In this document: in pieces, positions 9,122 through 19,843 of the stretch | How the letters are laid out: each line of letters begins with the position of its first letter | How positions within the stretch are numbered: position 1 is the first letter of the stretch | Notes under the pieces: model-generated | What the model was told of the DNA's origin: nothing | Databases searched by the model: none | The model's input: only the letters and a program-made list of their open reading frames with translations | Made by a program: the position numbers and the translations under genes | Assembly (NCBI GenBank): GCA_963663165.1 | Contig: OY760175.1 | Location: 4,928,001 to 4,992,000, forward strand | Reading direction: 5' to 3' | Source of the DNA: an uncultured Desulfospira sp. | GTDB lineage: Bacteria > Desulfobacterota > Desulfobacteria > Desulfobacterales > Desulfobacteraceae | Length of the DNA stretch: 64,000 nt

Positions 9122-11022
9122 CTTACTTTCCGCACCCATAAATAAAAAATGAGTGTGAATTTATTATTCTATAAATTCAGGTAGATAGAGTTAACTGAAT
9201 TCCATTCAGTAAATAAATTTTGTTCAGACTAGATTTTTTTCCTTCTAGGTGATATCGATTTCCCAGTAAAGCAAATCAACAGACACCTTGGAGGTTAAAT
9301 GGAAATCAAAGACTTCAGCAGTCTGACAATAACCGATGTGCAGTTCCTACCCATAGTCAAAGAATATGCCCGCCGGATAAATCTGGTAGAAACAATCAAC
9401 CAGATGGTGAATACCCAGATGGATCTTCAGCCGGGCCCTGTTGTTCTCGGCATGGTTCTGGACACCCTGTCCGGGAGATCTCCTCTTTACCGGTTAAAAA
9501 ATTTTCTCGACGAAAAAGACATCGAACTGCTGCTTGGTAAGGCAATATCTTTGGAACAGTTTACAGACCATAATATTGGCCGTGCATTGGACAAAATTTT
9601 TGAAACAGGAACCCAAAAGATATTCGGCCAATTGAGCCAGAACGCTGTCAATGGTTTCCAAATCAAGCCGACCGGAGCCCACTATGACACAACATCTGTC
9701 AGTGTTTACGGTGATTACGCCATGACAGATGAGCCGTTTGAAATCACTTACGGCCACAGCAAAGATAAGCGTCCGGATCTAAAGCAGTTCCTTGTTGAAA
9801 TGCTGTGTGTTGACAGAAACATTCCCTTATTTGGAGGGACTCGGGATGGCAATGCATCCGACAAGACCTTGAACAATGAAGTGCTGACTACGATCTCCAA
9901 ACACATGGCCAACCATGGACTTAAAGAAAATGCGTTCGTGTATGTTGCAGATTCTGCCTTTGTAACGGAAGATAACCTTGGGAAAGCTGGAAAAACAAAA
10001 TTTGTCAGTCGGCTGCCGGCCACTTATAATGAATGCAGCCGCGCTATCAAAGAAGCGGTTCAGGCCGATAATTGGGTTGATATCGGTGTCCTTGCTGAAA
10101 CAGAGGATACACAGAAACGACCGGCAGCACACTACAAAGCCTTTGAGACCACCGTGACCTTGTATGGGACCACTTATCGGGCGGTGGTCGTACATTCCAG
10201 CGCTCACGATAAGCGCCGACACAAAAAAATCGATCGTCAATTAGGCAAGAACAAAAAAGAGCTTGAACAGCAGGTCCAGAAACTACTCACAGAACCGTAT
10301 TACTGCAACGATGATGCCCAGGCTGCGGTTGAAAAAATATCCCGGTTGCCGAAAAAATCGGATCTTTTCACCGTATCGGCAACCATTGATAAGGCGCCCA
10401 AATATTCGAGGGGCCGCCCGAAAAAGGGAGAGACGCGCGTTCCGGATAGATTTGAATATCGCATAACCCTTTTCGTTGATGAGGATGAAGAAAAGGTCCA
10501 ATTTCTTCGGGAAGAAGCTGGATGTTTTGTACTTCTTTCCAACTTAACTTCTCATCAGGAAGAATCTGAATGGTCTGCTAAAGATCTTCTAAAATTGTAT
10601 AAGAACCAGAGCGGCATTGAACAAAACTTCGGCTTCCTAAAAGATCCCGTTATCATCAACAGCGTTTTTCTGAAAAAAAACTCAAGGATTGAAGTCCTCG
10701 GGATGATTTTGCTGATTTCATTGCTGATATGGCGCCTTATTGAAAGGGCTATGCGTTTGTATATCAAAGATAATCAGACAACAATGACAGGTTGGGTAAG
10801 AAGAAGGACCAAACGGCCCACTTCATTCATGATGTCAACCAAGTTCCATACGGTTCTTGTGGTTAAAAGCGGAAACCAAAGACAGCTTGCCAAACCCTTG
10901 AAATCTGTTCATCTGGAATATCTCAAAGCACTTGATGTCAAGCCGGAGGTTTTCATTACACCTTGACCTCTATAACCCTTAAAATTACTCACATCTTATC
11001 GGAGTGGGGTGCGGAAAGTAAG
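9122..11022 (+). mobile_element. IS1634-family element
   Basis: IR CTTACTTTCCGCACCC / GGGTGCGGAAAGTAAG; 6-bp TSD CTCTAT. Confidence 0.92.
9299..10966 (+). CDS. IS1634-family transposase
   Basis: HYDTTS, GHSKDKRPDLKQ, GNASD, VADSA, YKNQSGIEQNFGFLK. Confidence 0.92.
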   Translation: MEIKDFSSLTITDVQFLPIVKEYARRINLVETINQMVNTQMDLQPGPVVLGMVLDTLSGRSPLYRLKNFLDEKDIELLLGKAISLEQFTDHNIGRALDKIFETGTQKIFGQLSQNAVNGFQIKPTGAHYDTTSVSVYGDYAMTDEPFEITYGHSKDKRPDLKQFLVEMLCVDRNIPLFGGTRDGNASDKTLNNEVLTTISKHMANHGLKENAFVYVADSAFVTEDNLGKAGKTKFVSRLPATYNECSRAIKEAVQADNWVDIGVLAETEDTQKRPAAHYKAFETTVTLYGTTYRAVVVHSSAHDKRRHKKIDRQLGKNKKELEQQVQKLLTEPYYCNDDAQAAVEKISRLPKKSDLFTVSATIDKAPKYSRGRPKKGETRVPDRFEYRITLFVDEDEEKVQFLREEAGCFVLLSNLTSHQEESEWSAKDLLKLYKNQSGIEQNFGFLKDPVIINSVFLKKNSRIEVLGMILLISLLIWRLIERAMRLYIKDNQTTMTGWVRRRTKRPTSFMMSTKFHTVLVVKSGNQRQLAKPLKSVHLEYLKALDVKPEVFITP

Positions 11023-11394
11023 CTCTATAGAAGAGGTTTCTCACGAATGGAAATTTACAATCGCATTATCAATGAAAGGCAGGATTGGATTAATCATGCG
11101 GGTGAACGAAAAAAAACACAGTATCTGATCAGGACATTACAGAAAGCTGAAAAAATTATCAGTTAAAATCGGGCTCTCTTGGCCTCCGGGAAAGCCCTTA
11201 TTTACCATGAAACGTTGTCCATGAATTATCGTGATTGCTCTCACAAAGCAAGCTGAATGGCAACAAGAGGATTCACGCCTTTGTTTGCCATGGTTTGCAG
11301 GTAGCTTGAAATTCGACAATAAGCATGAGCATATTGCTGACATCGAAAACAACCTGATATTTTCTGTTTTACCTTTGCCATCCGAAGATCGTTT

Positions 11395-12018
11395 ATGACA
11401 AGTTTCCTGTAAAAGCTTTTTCATATTAGCAGCCCACCTGTACTGATTGGATTCAACAATAAATGTCAGTTCCCTCAATAGATGGGAACCACAAAGTCCA
11501 TGTCCACAATGATCGTACGACAGGTATGATGCCCAGCAATCGTGGATTATTACCCCGCCATAGCGGGGAATAATATTCAAATCGACTATCGCCTCCTTGC
11601 CTCGCTTTCGGTGAAGTAGCTTCAAGGTGGTGCCTCCGGAGGAATACACATGTATCCAGTGATTTTTTCGATCCACCCGAAAGGATGTCTCGTCAACATG
11701 AATTGATGGGGCCTGAAGAATGTCTTCTATCGATTTGACCTCCCACCTTTCAAGTGCTTGATAAAGTCGCCAGACAAACTTTAGAAGGGTTGCTTCTGAA
11801 ATTACCACACCGATCATTGCAGAAATCTGCTTTTGAACTCGGTTGAGTGCAACCATTTGGCTAAGGAAGATAGATAGTATCAATTCCACAACAAGGAGCA
11901 TGCTGTTCATCAGAGCCCGCATCTCAGGAGATACTTTGCCCTCAGCACAAAGATTTTCAAAATCCTTTTTTAGACGGGCTATTTCTTCCCGAACACTATT
12001 TTTATCTACCGTTGCCAT
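11395..12018 (-). pseudogene. IS66-family transposase remnant (internal in-frame deletion, C-terminal part replaced)
   Basis: HVDETS, IHDCWASY, LCGSHLLREL; homology ends near ETCHK; last codons LAGEIPGVDFDRGE* lie at ~1015-1059. Confidence 0.8.
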
Positions 12019-13834
12019 GTCAGCATTATAACACGGGTTTTTGGCGGCTCGAGATTTGCTCTATAGCGGATTTTCTATGTATTCGGCATCATCTGTCATG
12101 ATTTTACGGTAAATTTCTGGATAAATAAGCGCCAGCATGCTTTAACAAAGGATTTGGTGACCATTTAAAAAATTTTAAAATTGACCTCAAAAAACCTGTC
12201 AAGTCTTTTTTTAAATTTTTACATTTTTTTATGGGGTGAGTAGTTACACTTTGATTTGATTTCCGTTGATAGTTCTTCGACTGCAGGCGTAAATCAGCTC
12301 TATTTTAACTACAATCCAGAGATTGATCCTTATACCTCATTAACTTCTATTATATCGGCGACTTCTACAAACAACTTGATTACTTGTCAAACTAACCCCA
12401 AAACAAGTGTGAAATAAGTAATAAAAATGAGAAAAAAATCTCGAAACGCCTATCAATAAAGAGTATAATGAGTTTGGCAAAACGAACTATACCAAATTGA
12501 AAGGGCGTTTCGAGTGAATAAGAATATCATCAAAAAATTGGCAAAACGCAAGAAAAAAATAAGCAAAAAACTGAACAAAAGAGATTGGACTGAGCAGCCA
12601 ACTCCCATGCTAAAGGCATCCAATATCCAGTATGAGATCGACGGTCGCCTTCAGGGAATATCACATGGAGGCATTGGCCTGATCCATATGTTGGCCAAAA
12701 AGACCGGCCTTTTGAAAGAAATCGATAAAGAACTTGAGCTGCTCAAGCGCCATTTGCCATATCATGAATCTGATCATGTCGCCAATATGGCATACAATAT
12801 TCTTGCAGGCGGAACCTGTCTTCAGGACATTGAATTGCAAAGAAACAATGATGCCTGGCTTAATGCTCTGGGCGCAAAAATGATCCCTGATCCGACAACG
12901 GCAGGGGATTTTTTGCGCCGGTTTTCCCAGGAAAATATCATTACCCTGATGGATGTGAAAAATACCATACGGAAAAAAATATGGGAAAAGCAGCCTCAAA
13001 ATTTCAAAGAATCAGCCATCATCAATATTGACGGAACTATCAGTGAGACAAGCGGCAAGTGCAAACAGGGTATGGACATCTCCTACAATGGTAAGTGGGG
13101 GTATGCCCCGCTGGTTGTTTCTCTGGAGAGAACAAGGGAACCTCTTTATGTCATCAACCGCTCGGGCAATGCCCCGTCCCACCTTGACTCTGCCCGGTGG
13201 GTGGATAAGGCTCTTGATCTGACGGAAGGCACTTTTAAAAAATTATACGTTCGGGGAGATACGGATTTCAGCCTTACCACGCACTTTGACAAATGGGATC
13301 AACGTTGTTCCTTTATTTTTGGCATGGATGCCAGATCAAATCTAACAAAACGTGCAAATGCTCTTCCTGAAACCGACTGGGTCAGGCTTGAAAAACTGTC
13401 TGCGAAAATTAAAACTCAGCCCCGGAAACGTCCTGAGAATATCAAACTTCAAGTGGTGAAAAAGCGCAAATTCAAACGCATAGAGACTGCGTATGAACAT
13501 ATAGCCGAGTTTGAATACAAACCGGGAAAATGTCAAAAACCATACAGAATGATCGTTTTGCGTAAAACAATAAACGAGTTCAAGGGAGAATTACTACTGT
13601 TCGATGATATCCGCTACTTTTTTTACTATAACCGCAAATGACAGTTGGATTTTTTCAACCAACTGATTTTTAATTCAATTAATACAACTTGTTTCAATTT
13701 GCAAAGTATATGTTTTAGTCGTTGAATCGAAAAACTCTAAGATTCTGGGCGAAATGGATTATTTTTCCTGTTATTGCTTCGTAGTATATGATATTATTTG
13801 GCACAAATATCATATACTACGAAGAGAGGTTGTC

Positions 13835-14500
13835 ATGCCTATTATCGACGTTCAAAAAATTGAATCGGCCAGATCAACGCTTAAAAAACAAAAAATTTTT
13901 ACCCTCAAAAAGCTTGTTTCAATTCTGGATTGTTCCTCCAGAACTGCCCAAACAAAACTTAAACAGTGGAAGACCTACACAAGTTACAATCAAAACGGGA
14001 AGTATTATACTTTGCCTGAAATCCCTCAATTTGACGTTTATGGTATATGGCAATTTAAAAATGCCGCGTTCTCTAAGTATGGTAATCTAAAAAAAACCAT
14101 TATCCATTTAGTGAACTCCTCATCTGAAGGGCTTACCGGCAGACAACTTGGTGAACTTCTTGGGTTATCACCACAATCCTTTGTGCATCATTTCCGTAGT
14201 TGTCCGGGTATCTGTCGAGAAAAGCACGCTGGTGTCTATGTCTACTTCTCTGACAACATTTCAATATTTAAAAATCAAGTAAAACAAAGGAGTTCCCTTG
14301 TCCTCCGTCAAGCGGCTATTTCCATTTCTGACCAGGAAGCAGTCATGATTCTGGTTGCTATTATCAGGCATCATGGCATATCCGCAGAAGACATTTTGGG
14401 CTTGCCGGAGATCAAAAAGAGCAAACTAAAGCCGGCTAATATCCAAGGATTTATGGAGTCTCATGAGTTGTTAAAAAAAATTCCGGATTCCAAGCATTAA
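13835..14500 (+). CDS. IS ORF1, HTH-like DNA-binding protein
   Basis: GAGAGG RBS; HTH-like segments; lies inside the IS IRs. Confidence 0.7.
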   Translation: MPIIDVQKIESARSTLKKQKIFTLKKLVSILDCSSRTAQTKLKQWKTYTSYNQNGKYYTLPEIPQFDVYGIWQFKNAAFSKYGNLKKTIIHLVNSSSEGLTGRQLGELLGLSPQSFVHHFRSCPGICREKHAGVYVYFSDNISIFKNQVKQRSSLVLRQAAISISDQEAVMILVAIIRHHGISAEDILGLPEIKKSKLKPANIQGFMESHELLKKIPDSKH

Positions 14501-14550
14501 AACTGCTCAAAAGCTTTATCTCCAAGCTGACTGGGTCCGTCCAAACTAGT

Positions 14551-16305
14551 GTGCTATTCTCAGCAAAGCCGACTTTGCATTTTTACCCGGAAATTTTAAA
14601 ATGCCCTGATTGTAATTCTACACTCCATGTTCAGAAAACCGATACGAAGACCAGGGTCACCATGGACATCGGTGCCTATTTTGCCAAGGAAACGGTATTG
14701 TATTGCCCCCACGGTCACGGAACGTTCAGGTCCGAACAGCTTCGAAACCTTGTACCCAGGGGCGGCACTTTCGGGTTTGATGTCATTGTGGAGGTGGGGT
14801 TTGCACTTTTTGTCCGTTGTCTCAGCAATCAGGAGGTCATGGCTGAATTGGCGATCAAGAATGTATTCATCTCTGAACGGGAGATCAGCTTTCTGGGCCG
14901 TAAGTTTATCATTTATCTTGCCCTGGCTCACCGACAGAGCCGGCCGGCTCTGCGAAAGTTCTTCACAAGCAGGGGAGGATATATCCTTCATGTGGATGGA
15001 ACTTGTGAAGGTGATAGCCCCAATCTATTTTGCGGCCTTGACGGACTCTCAGAACTGGTCCTTGATACGGTAAAAATTTCTTCAGAGAAAAAAGATGAGC
15101 TCATCCCATTTTTCCGTAGCATCAAAGAGCAGTATGGTGAACCAAGGGCACTCGTACACGATATGGGTAAAGGGATTGTCAGTGCGGTGGAGGAAGTTTT
15201 CCCAGGGACACCCGATTTTATATGTCATTTTCATTTCCTGCGTGACATTGGCAAAGACCTGCTAGCTGATGAATATAGTTTTTTGCAGAAACGGTTAAAG
15301 AAACTCAAGGTTCGACCTGCATTGAGGAGGCAGGCCAAGTATCTTGAGAAAAAAATTGATCCGGTCGGCAAGGATATTGATGAAATTATTGAGAGCCTTC
15401 AAAGTGGGAATTGGCAGGCAACTGATTTCGTTCATATCCCCACGATTATGGCATATGCTTTAATCCATTGGATATTTGACTATCCAAATCAATCCAACGG
15501 ATATGGTTTCCCTTTTGACCGTCCATACCTTGATTTTTATCGACGTCTTCAAGATGTTCTCCGGTTGCTGGAACAAATCATGACCGTGAACCTCAGTGAG
15601 GCAGCAAATTTAAACAGAGCCTTTTCCCAATTATATAAAGTAGTCATAAAAGTCGTAGAAGATAAGCGTCTTAATGATCTTGCCAAAAACATGGAATCAA
15701 AGGCAGCCGTATTTGACAAGCTGCGTTGTGCTATGCGAATTGCCCTTCCTGATGGCAAAAATGGCATTAATGATAATGGCGATTCCATGAACATGAAAAG
15801 TATTGAAGAAAAAGTGACTGAATTCAGGAACTGGCTCCTTGAGAATAAACACAGACAAAAAACCTATGCTAACATGGTGGCACAGATTGACAAATACTGG
15901 GAAAAGCTCTTTGCCGACCCGATACCAGTCGTCACATCGGACGGAATTTTTACGGTCCAACCACAGAGGACGAATAACCTTCTGGAGAGATTTTTCCGGG
16001 ATGAAAAACGACGAGGTCGGAAAAAAACCGGCATGGGATCGCTGAACAAAATGCTAAAAGCGGTCCTTGCCGACACGCCGCTGGTGCAAAATTTAAAAAA
16101 CGACAAGTATATGGAGATTATTCTCAATGGATGTTCCAACCTGGCAGAAAGGTTTTCACAAATTGATGCTGATCTGGTACAAAAAGAGCTGACCAAGGCG
16201 GCTGAAAACAATTGCAAAATATTCCCGGGGATCAAAAAAATGATAAGGGATACTGAATTAACGGTAAAAATCTCAACGCTGTTTTGTCCAGCAGATGCAA
16301 AATAA
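14551..16305 (+). CDS. IS ORF2, DDE transposase (Mutator/IS256-superfamily-like)
   Basis: LHVDGT, VHDMGKGI, CHFHFLRD, RTNNLLERFFR. Confidence 0.8.
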   Translation: MLFSAKPTLHFYPEILKCPDCNSTLHVQKTDTKTRVTMDIGAYFAKETVLYCPHGHGTFRSEQLRNLVPRGGTFGFDVIVEVGFALFVRCLSNQEVMAELAIKNVFISEREISFLGRKFIIYLALAHRQSRPALRKFFTSRGGYILHVDGTCEGDSPNLFCGLDGLSELVLDTVKISSEKKDELIPFFRSIKEQYGEPRALVHDMGKGIVSAVEEVFPGTPDFICHFHFLRDIGKDLLADEYSFLQKRLKKLKVRPALRRQAKYLEKKIDPVGKDIDEIIESLQSGNWQATDFVHIPTIMAYALIHWIFDYPNQSNGYGFPFDRPYLDFYRRLQDVLRLLEQIMTVNLSEAANLNRAFSQLYKVVIKVVEDKRLNDLAKNMESKAAVFDKLRCAMRIALPDGKNGINDNGDSMNMKSIEEKVTEFRNWLLENKHRQKTYANMVAQIDKYWEKLFADPIPVVTSDGIFTVQPQRTNNLLERFFRDEKRRGRKKTGMGSLNKMLKAVLADTPLVQNLKNDKYMEIILNGCSNLAERFSQIDADLVQKELTKAAENNCKIFPGIKKMIRDTELTVKISTLFCPADAK

Positions 16306-17288
16306 ATACCAACCGTCATTTGCGGTCATAGTTTTTTTATATTACCAATGATTGGAAAAAACCGGCCAAACAACTGGTAGCCTTTTACCGGAAACGGGCT
16401 GACCACGAAAATGATATTGAACAGTTGAAACATGGCGTACGTGCTATGGATAATCCTTCAGACTCTTTGAATGCCAACTGGGCCTATATGGTTATTACCT
16501 CCATGGCATGGGATCTGAAAGCCTGGTATGGGCTGCTGATGCCATATCGTGCATTAGGGCTTTCCATCATCCGCATGGAATTCAAGCGTTTTATCCAGAC
16601 ATTTATAAACATCCCCTGTTTAATTTTGAAATCTGGCAGGGCTATAAAATATCGAATTATTGGCTATAACAACCGGCTCCAAAGCATGTTCAAATATTTT
16701 GATTTTATAAGGACCGTCCGGGTTACATGATGCCATTGCTCTCCGGATAGTTATTGCAAACGGGTTGCAATGGCGAGTCCAAACCCTGCAGTCTCAAAAA
16801 AGGAATGACAAAAACATGAAACACAAGACAACTGGCAATACTCAAAAAAACTGGGGACTCGTGTTTCTACTGGATGGCAAGTTGGTGGCCAAAATAATAC
16901 CTCAAACGGCGGGTTGCTCATGAGTATATCTTTTTTGAAAACGCGCTTGTTTTGGGACTAACGACGAGTTCGCAATAATGTTTGATACACTGTCAAATAC
17001 GACAGTAATTAACTATAGTGTTATTTTTAATAATGTAACCACATCTGAATTGGCTGATTGGGATACATTTGAAATTTACATAAATCCCTCCTTCCTTGCT
17101 GATAGTTTGCCGGGTGAGTCATTTTATACTTACGGAACCCAAACTCATTCAGAGGGTAACCTTGCTCCAGTTCCAGTACCAACCACCATGCTTCTGTTTG
17201 GCACCGGTATAGCTGGTCTGTTAGGATTAAGAGGTAAAAGAAGATAGAGATAACAATCCAAGTAAGCGCTTTATGAATAATTCGGGCG

Positions 17289-17370
17289 CGATTCGACGAT
17301 TCGAGGTCGGACCAAGCTAACGATTCGAGGTCACGATTCGAGGGTACGATTCGAGGTCGGACCAAGCTAA
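17289..17370. repeat. Cluster of REP-like short repeats
   Basis: CGATTCGA x5; CGATTCGAGGTCGGACCAAGCTAA at 17297 and 17347. Confidence 0.7.
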
Positions 17371-17467
17371 TAAACTGAAATTTAAATAAATAGTCTTTAA
17401 AGATACCCTCAAAACTGTCTTAAATGAATGTTTTTTGGGGCAAAATGGTCATCTTAAAAAGACTAAT

Positions 17468-19313
17468 CCCAAAATAAGTGTGAAATAAGTAATAAAAATG
17501 AGAAAAAAGTCTCGAAACGCCTATCAATAAAGAGTATAATGAGTTTGGCAAAACGAACTATACCAAATTGAAAGGGCGTTTCGAGTGAATAAGAATATCA
17601 TCAAAAAATTGGCAAAACGCAAGAAAAAAATAAGCAAAAAACTGAACAAAAGAGATTGGACTGAGCAGCCAACTCCCATGCTAAAGGCATCCAATATCCA
17701 GTATGAGATCGACGGTCGCCTTCAGGGAATATCACATGGAGGCATTGGCCTGATCCATATGTTGGCCAAAAAGACCGGCCTTTTGAAAGAAATCGATAAA
17801 GAACTTGAGCTGCTCAAGCGCCATTTGCCATATCATGAATCTGATCATGTCGCCAATATGGCATACAATATTCTTGCAGGCGGAACCTGTCTTCAGGACA
17901 TTGAATTGCAAAGAAACAATGATGCCTGGCTTAATGCTCTGGACGCAAAAATGATCCCTGATCCGACAACGGCAGGGGATTTTTTGCGCCGGTTTTCCCA
18001 GGAAAATATCATTACCCTGATGGATGTGAAAAATACCATACGGAAAAAAATATGGGAAAAGCAGCCTCAAAATTTCAAAGAATCAGCCATCATCAATATT
18101 GACGGAACTATCAGTGAGACAAGCGGCAAGTGCAAACAGGGTATGGACATCTCCTACAATGGTAAGTGGGGGTATGCCCCGCTGGTTGTTTCACTGGAGA
18201 GAACAAGGGAACCTCTTTATGTCATCAACCGCTCGGGCAATGCCCCGTCCCACCTTGACTCTGCCCGGTGGGTGGATAAGGCTCTTGATCTGACGGAAGG
18301 CACTTTTAAAAAATTATACGTTCGGGGAGATACGGATTTCAGCCTTACCACGCACTTTGACAAATGGGATCAACGTTGTTCCTTTATTTTTGGCATGGAT
18401 GCCAGATCAAATCTAACAAAACGTGCAAATGCTCTTCCTGAAACCGACTGGGTCAGGCTTGAAAAACTGTCTGCGAAAATTAAAACTCAGCCCCGGAAAC
18501 GTCCTGAGAATATCAAACTTCAAGTGGTGAAAAAGCGCAAATTCAAACGCATAGAGACTGCGTATGAACATATAGCCGAGTTTGAATACAAACCGGGAAA
18601 ATGTCAAAAACCATACAGAATGATCGTTTTGCGTAAAACAATAAACGAGTTCAAGGGAGAATTACTACTGTTCGATGATATCCGCTACTTTTTTTATATT
18701 ACCAATGATTGGAAAAAACCGGCCAAACAACTGGTAGCCTTTTACCGGAAACGGGCTGACCACGAAAATGATATTGAACAGTTGAAACATGGCGTACGTG
18801 CTATGGATAATCCTTCAGACTCTTTGAATGCCAACTGGGCCTATATGGTTATTACCTCCATGGCATGGGATCTGAAAGCCTGGTATGGGCTGCTGATGCC
18901 ATATCGTGCATTAGGGCTTTCCATCATCCGCATGGAATTCAAGCGTTTTATCCAGACATTTATAAACATCCCCTGTTTAATTTTGAAATCTGGCAGGGCT
19001 ATAAAATATCGAATTATTGGCTATAACAACCGGCTCCAAAGCATGTTCAAATATTTTGATTTTATAAGGACCGTCCGGGTTACATGATGCCATTGCTCTC
19101 CGGATAGTTATTGCAAACGGGTTGCAATGGCGAGTCCAAACCCTGCAGTCTCAAAAAAGGAATGACAAAAACATGAAACACAAGACAACTGGCAATACTC
19201 AAAAAAACTGGGGACTCGTGTTTCTACTGGATGGCAAGTTGGTGGCCAAAATAATACCTCAAACGGCGGGTTGCTCATGAGTATATCTTTTTTGAAAACG
19301 CGCTTGTTTTGGG
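17468..19313 (+). mobile_element. IS1380-family copy 3 (intact)
   Basis: Terminal IRs; TSD ACTAAT. Confidence 0.93.
17585..19087 (+). CDS. IS1380-family transposase
   Basis: 500 aa; NIDGT, RGDTDF, RADHEN.IEQLK. Confidence 0.92.
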   Translation: MNKNIIKKLAKRKKKISKKLNKRDWTEQPTPMLKASNIQYEIDGRLQGISHGGIGLIHMLAKKTGLLKEIDKELELLKRHLPYHESDHVANMAYNILAGGTCLQDIELQRNNDAWLNALDAKMIPDPTTAGDFLRRFSQENIITLMDVKNTIRKKIWEKQPQNFKESAIINIDGTISETSGKCKQGMDISYNGKWGYAPLVVSLERTREPLYVINRSGNAPSHLDSARWVDKALDLTEGTFKKLYVRGDTDFSLTTHFDKWDQRCSFIFGMDARSNLTKRANALPETDWVRLEKLSAKIKTQPRKRPENIKLQVVKKRKFKRIETAYEHIAEFEYKPGKCQKPYRMIVLRKTINEFKGELLLFDDIRYFFYITNDWKKPAKQLVAFYRKRADHENDIEQLKHGVRAMDNPSDSLNANWAYMVITSMAWDLKAWYGLLMPYRALGLSIIRMEFKRFIQTFINIPCLILKSGRAIKYRIIGYNNRLQSMFKYFDFIRTVRVT

Positions 19314-19843
19314 ACTAATAGCCAAAACGGGGATTCCGGGACATGATACTAACTTTAGAGATCATGTCCCGGCTAACCCGATGATCACCGAACAAGCCAA
19401 TGAACCCGACCGGGCTTACTGCGCGGCGTTTCTGAAGGGGAAAAAGGGTCAAGTCTACCTTTGACCCTTAATTGCATTCTTCCTCACATAATCACATGAA
19501 CTACATGAACTAAAAAATTGGGGTCAGAGTAAAATTAAATATTGAATTATTTCATTACAATGATAAGTTAAGCCCATGGCACGATTACAACGAATAGCTC
19601 CAAAAAATATTCCAATTCATATCGTCAGAGGGGAAACAACCGACAGGTGTGTTTTGGGTCGGATGATAATCACGCGGCATATGCAGCGTGGTTAAAGGAA
19701 TACTCAAAGAAATATAAAGTTGATGTGCATGCCTGGGCAATGATGAGCAACCACGTTCACCTGTTGTGCACTCCCCGGCAGGAAAAAGCAATAAGCAGCA
19801 TGATGCAGGCTTTGGGCCGCCGGTATGTTCGTTATTTTAATTA

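Larger units (their letters stand above)
8471..11166 (+). pseudogene. RepB-type DNA primase, interrupted by IS1634 (8471-9121 + 11029-11166)
   Basis: LADDL, VIETSPGNYQIW, DPGA, GRCPGFRN, DESATDFAYA motifs (RSF1010 RepB-like); frame continues after the IS as ALY|RRGFSR...YLIRTLQKA. Confidence 0.82.
1011..12247 (-). mobile_element. IS66-family element (defective) carrying a ~10 kb nested insert
   Basis: Terminal IRs GTAACTACTCACCCC / GGGGTGAGTAGTTAC; 8-bp TSD ACTTTGAT at 1003-1010 and 12248-12255. Confidence 0.9.
13626..16331 (+). mobile_element. Two-ORF IS with Mutator/IS256-like DDE transposase (family uncertain)
   Basis: 23-bp IR CTATAACCGCAAATGACAGTTGG (2 mismatches); 8-bp TSD TTTTTTTA. 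Confidence 0.88.
12514..16730 (+). pseudogene. IS1380 transposase split by the 13626-16331 IS
   Basis: Near-identical to the intact 500-aa copies on both sides of the insertion. Confidence 0.92.
12397..16956 (+). mobile_element. IS1380-family copy 2 (transposase interrupted)
   Basis: Ends CCCAAAACAAG / CTTGTTTTGGG; 6-bp TSD ACTAAC. Confidence 0.92.
993..17247 (+). pseudogene. PEP-CTERM surface protein split by insertions (pieces 993-1010, 12256-12396, 16963-17247)
   Basis: Removing the ISs and one TSD copy each gives one frame LNYNFD|LISVDSS...TCQTN|DEFAIMFDT...VPVPTTMLLFGTGIAGLLGLRGKRR, ending in a PEP-CTERM-type sorting signal. Confidence 0.85.

Noticed and set aside
10963..11028. Start of the 67-aa ORF 10963-11166 as an independent gene
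   Set aside because: The first part is IS1634 end sequence; the rest is the RepB C-terminus
11137..11394. C-terminal ~85 aa of the 293-aa IS66 ORF
   Set aside because: Read-through into inserted DNA after ETCHK; no IS66 motifs
17289..17370. CRISPR array
   Set aside because: Irregular spacing, spacers made of repeat fragments, no cas genes
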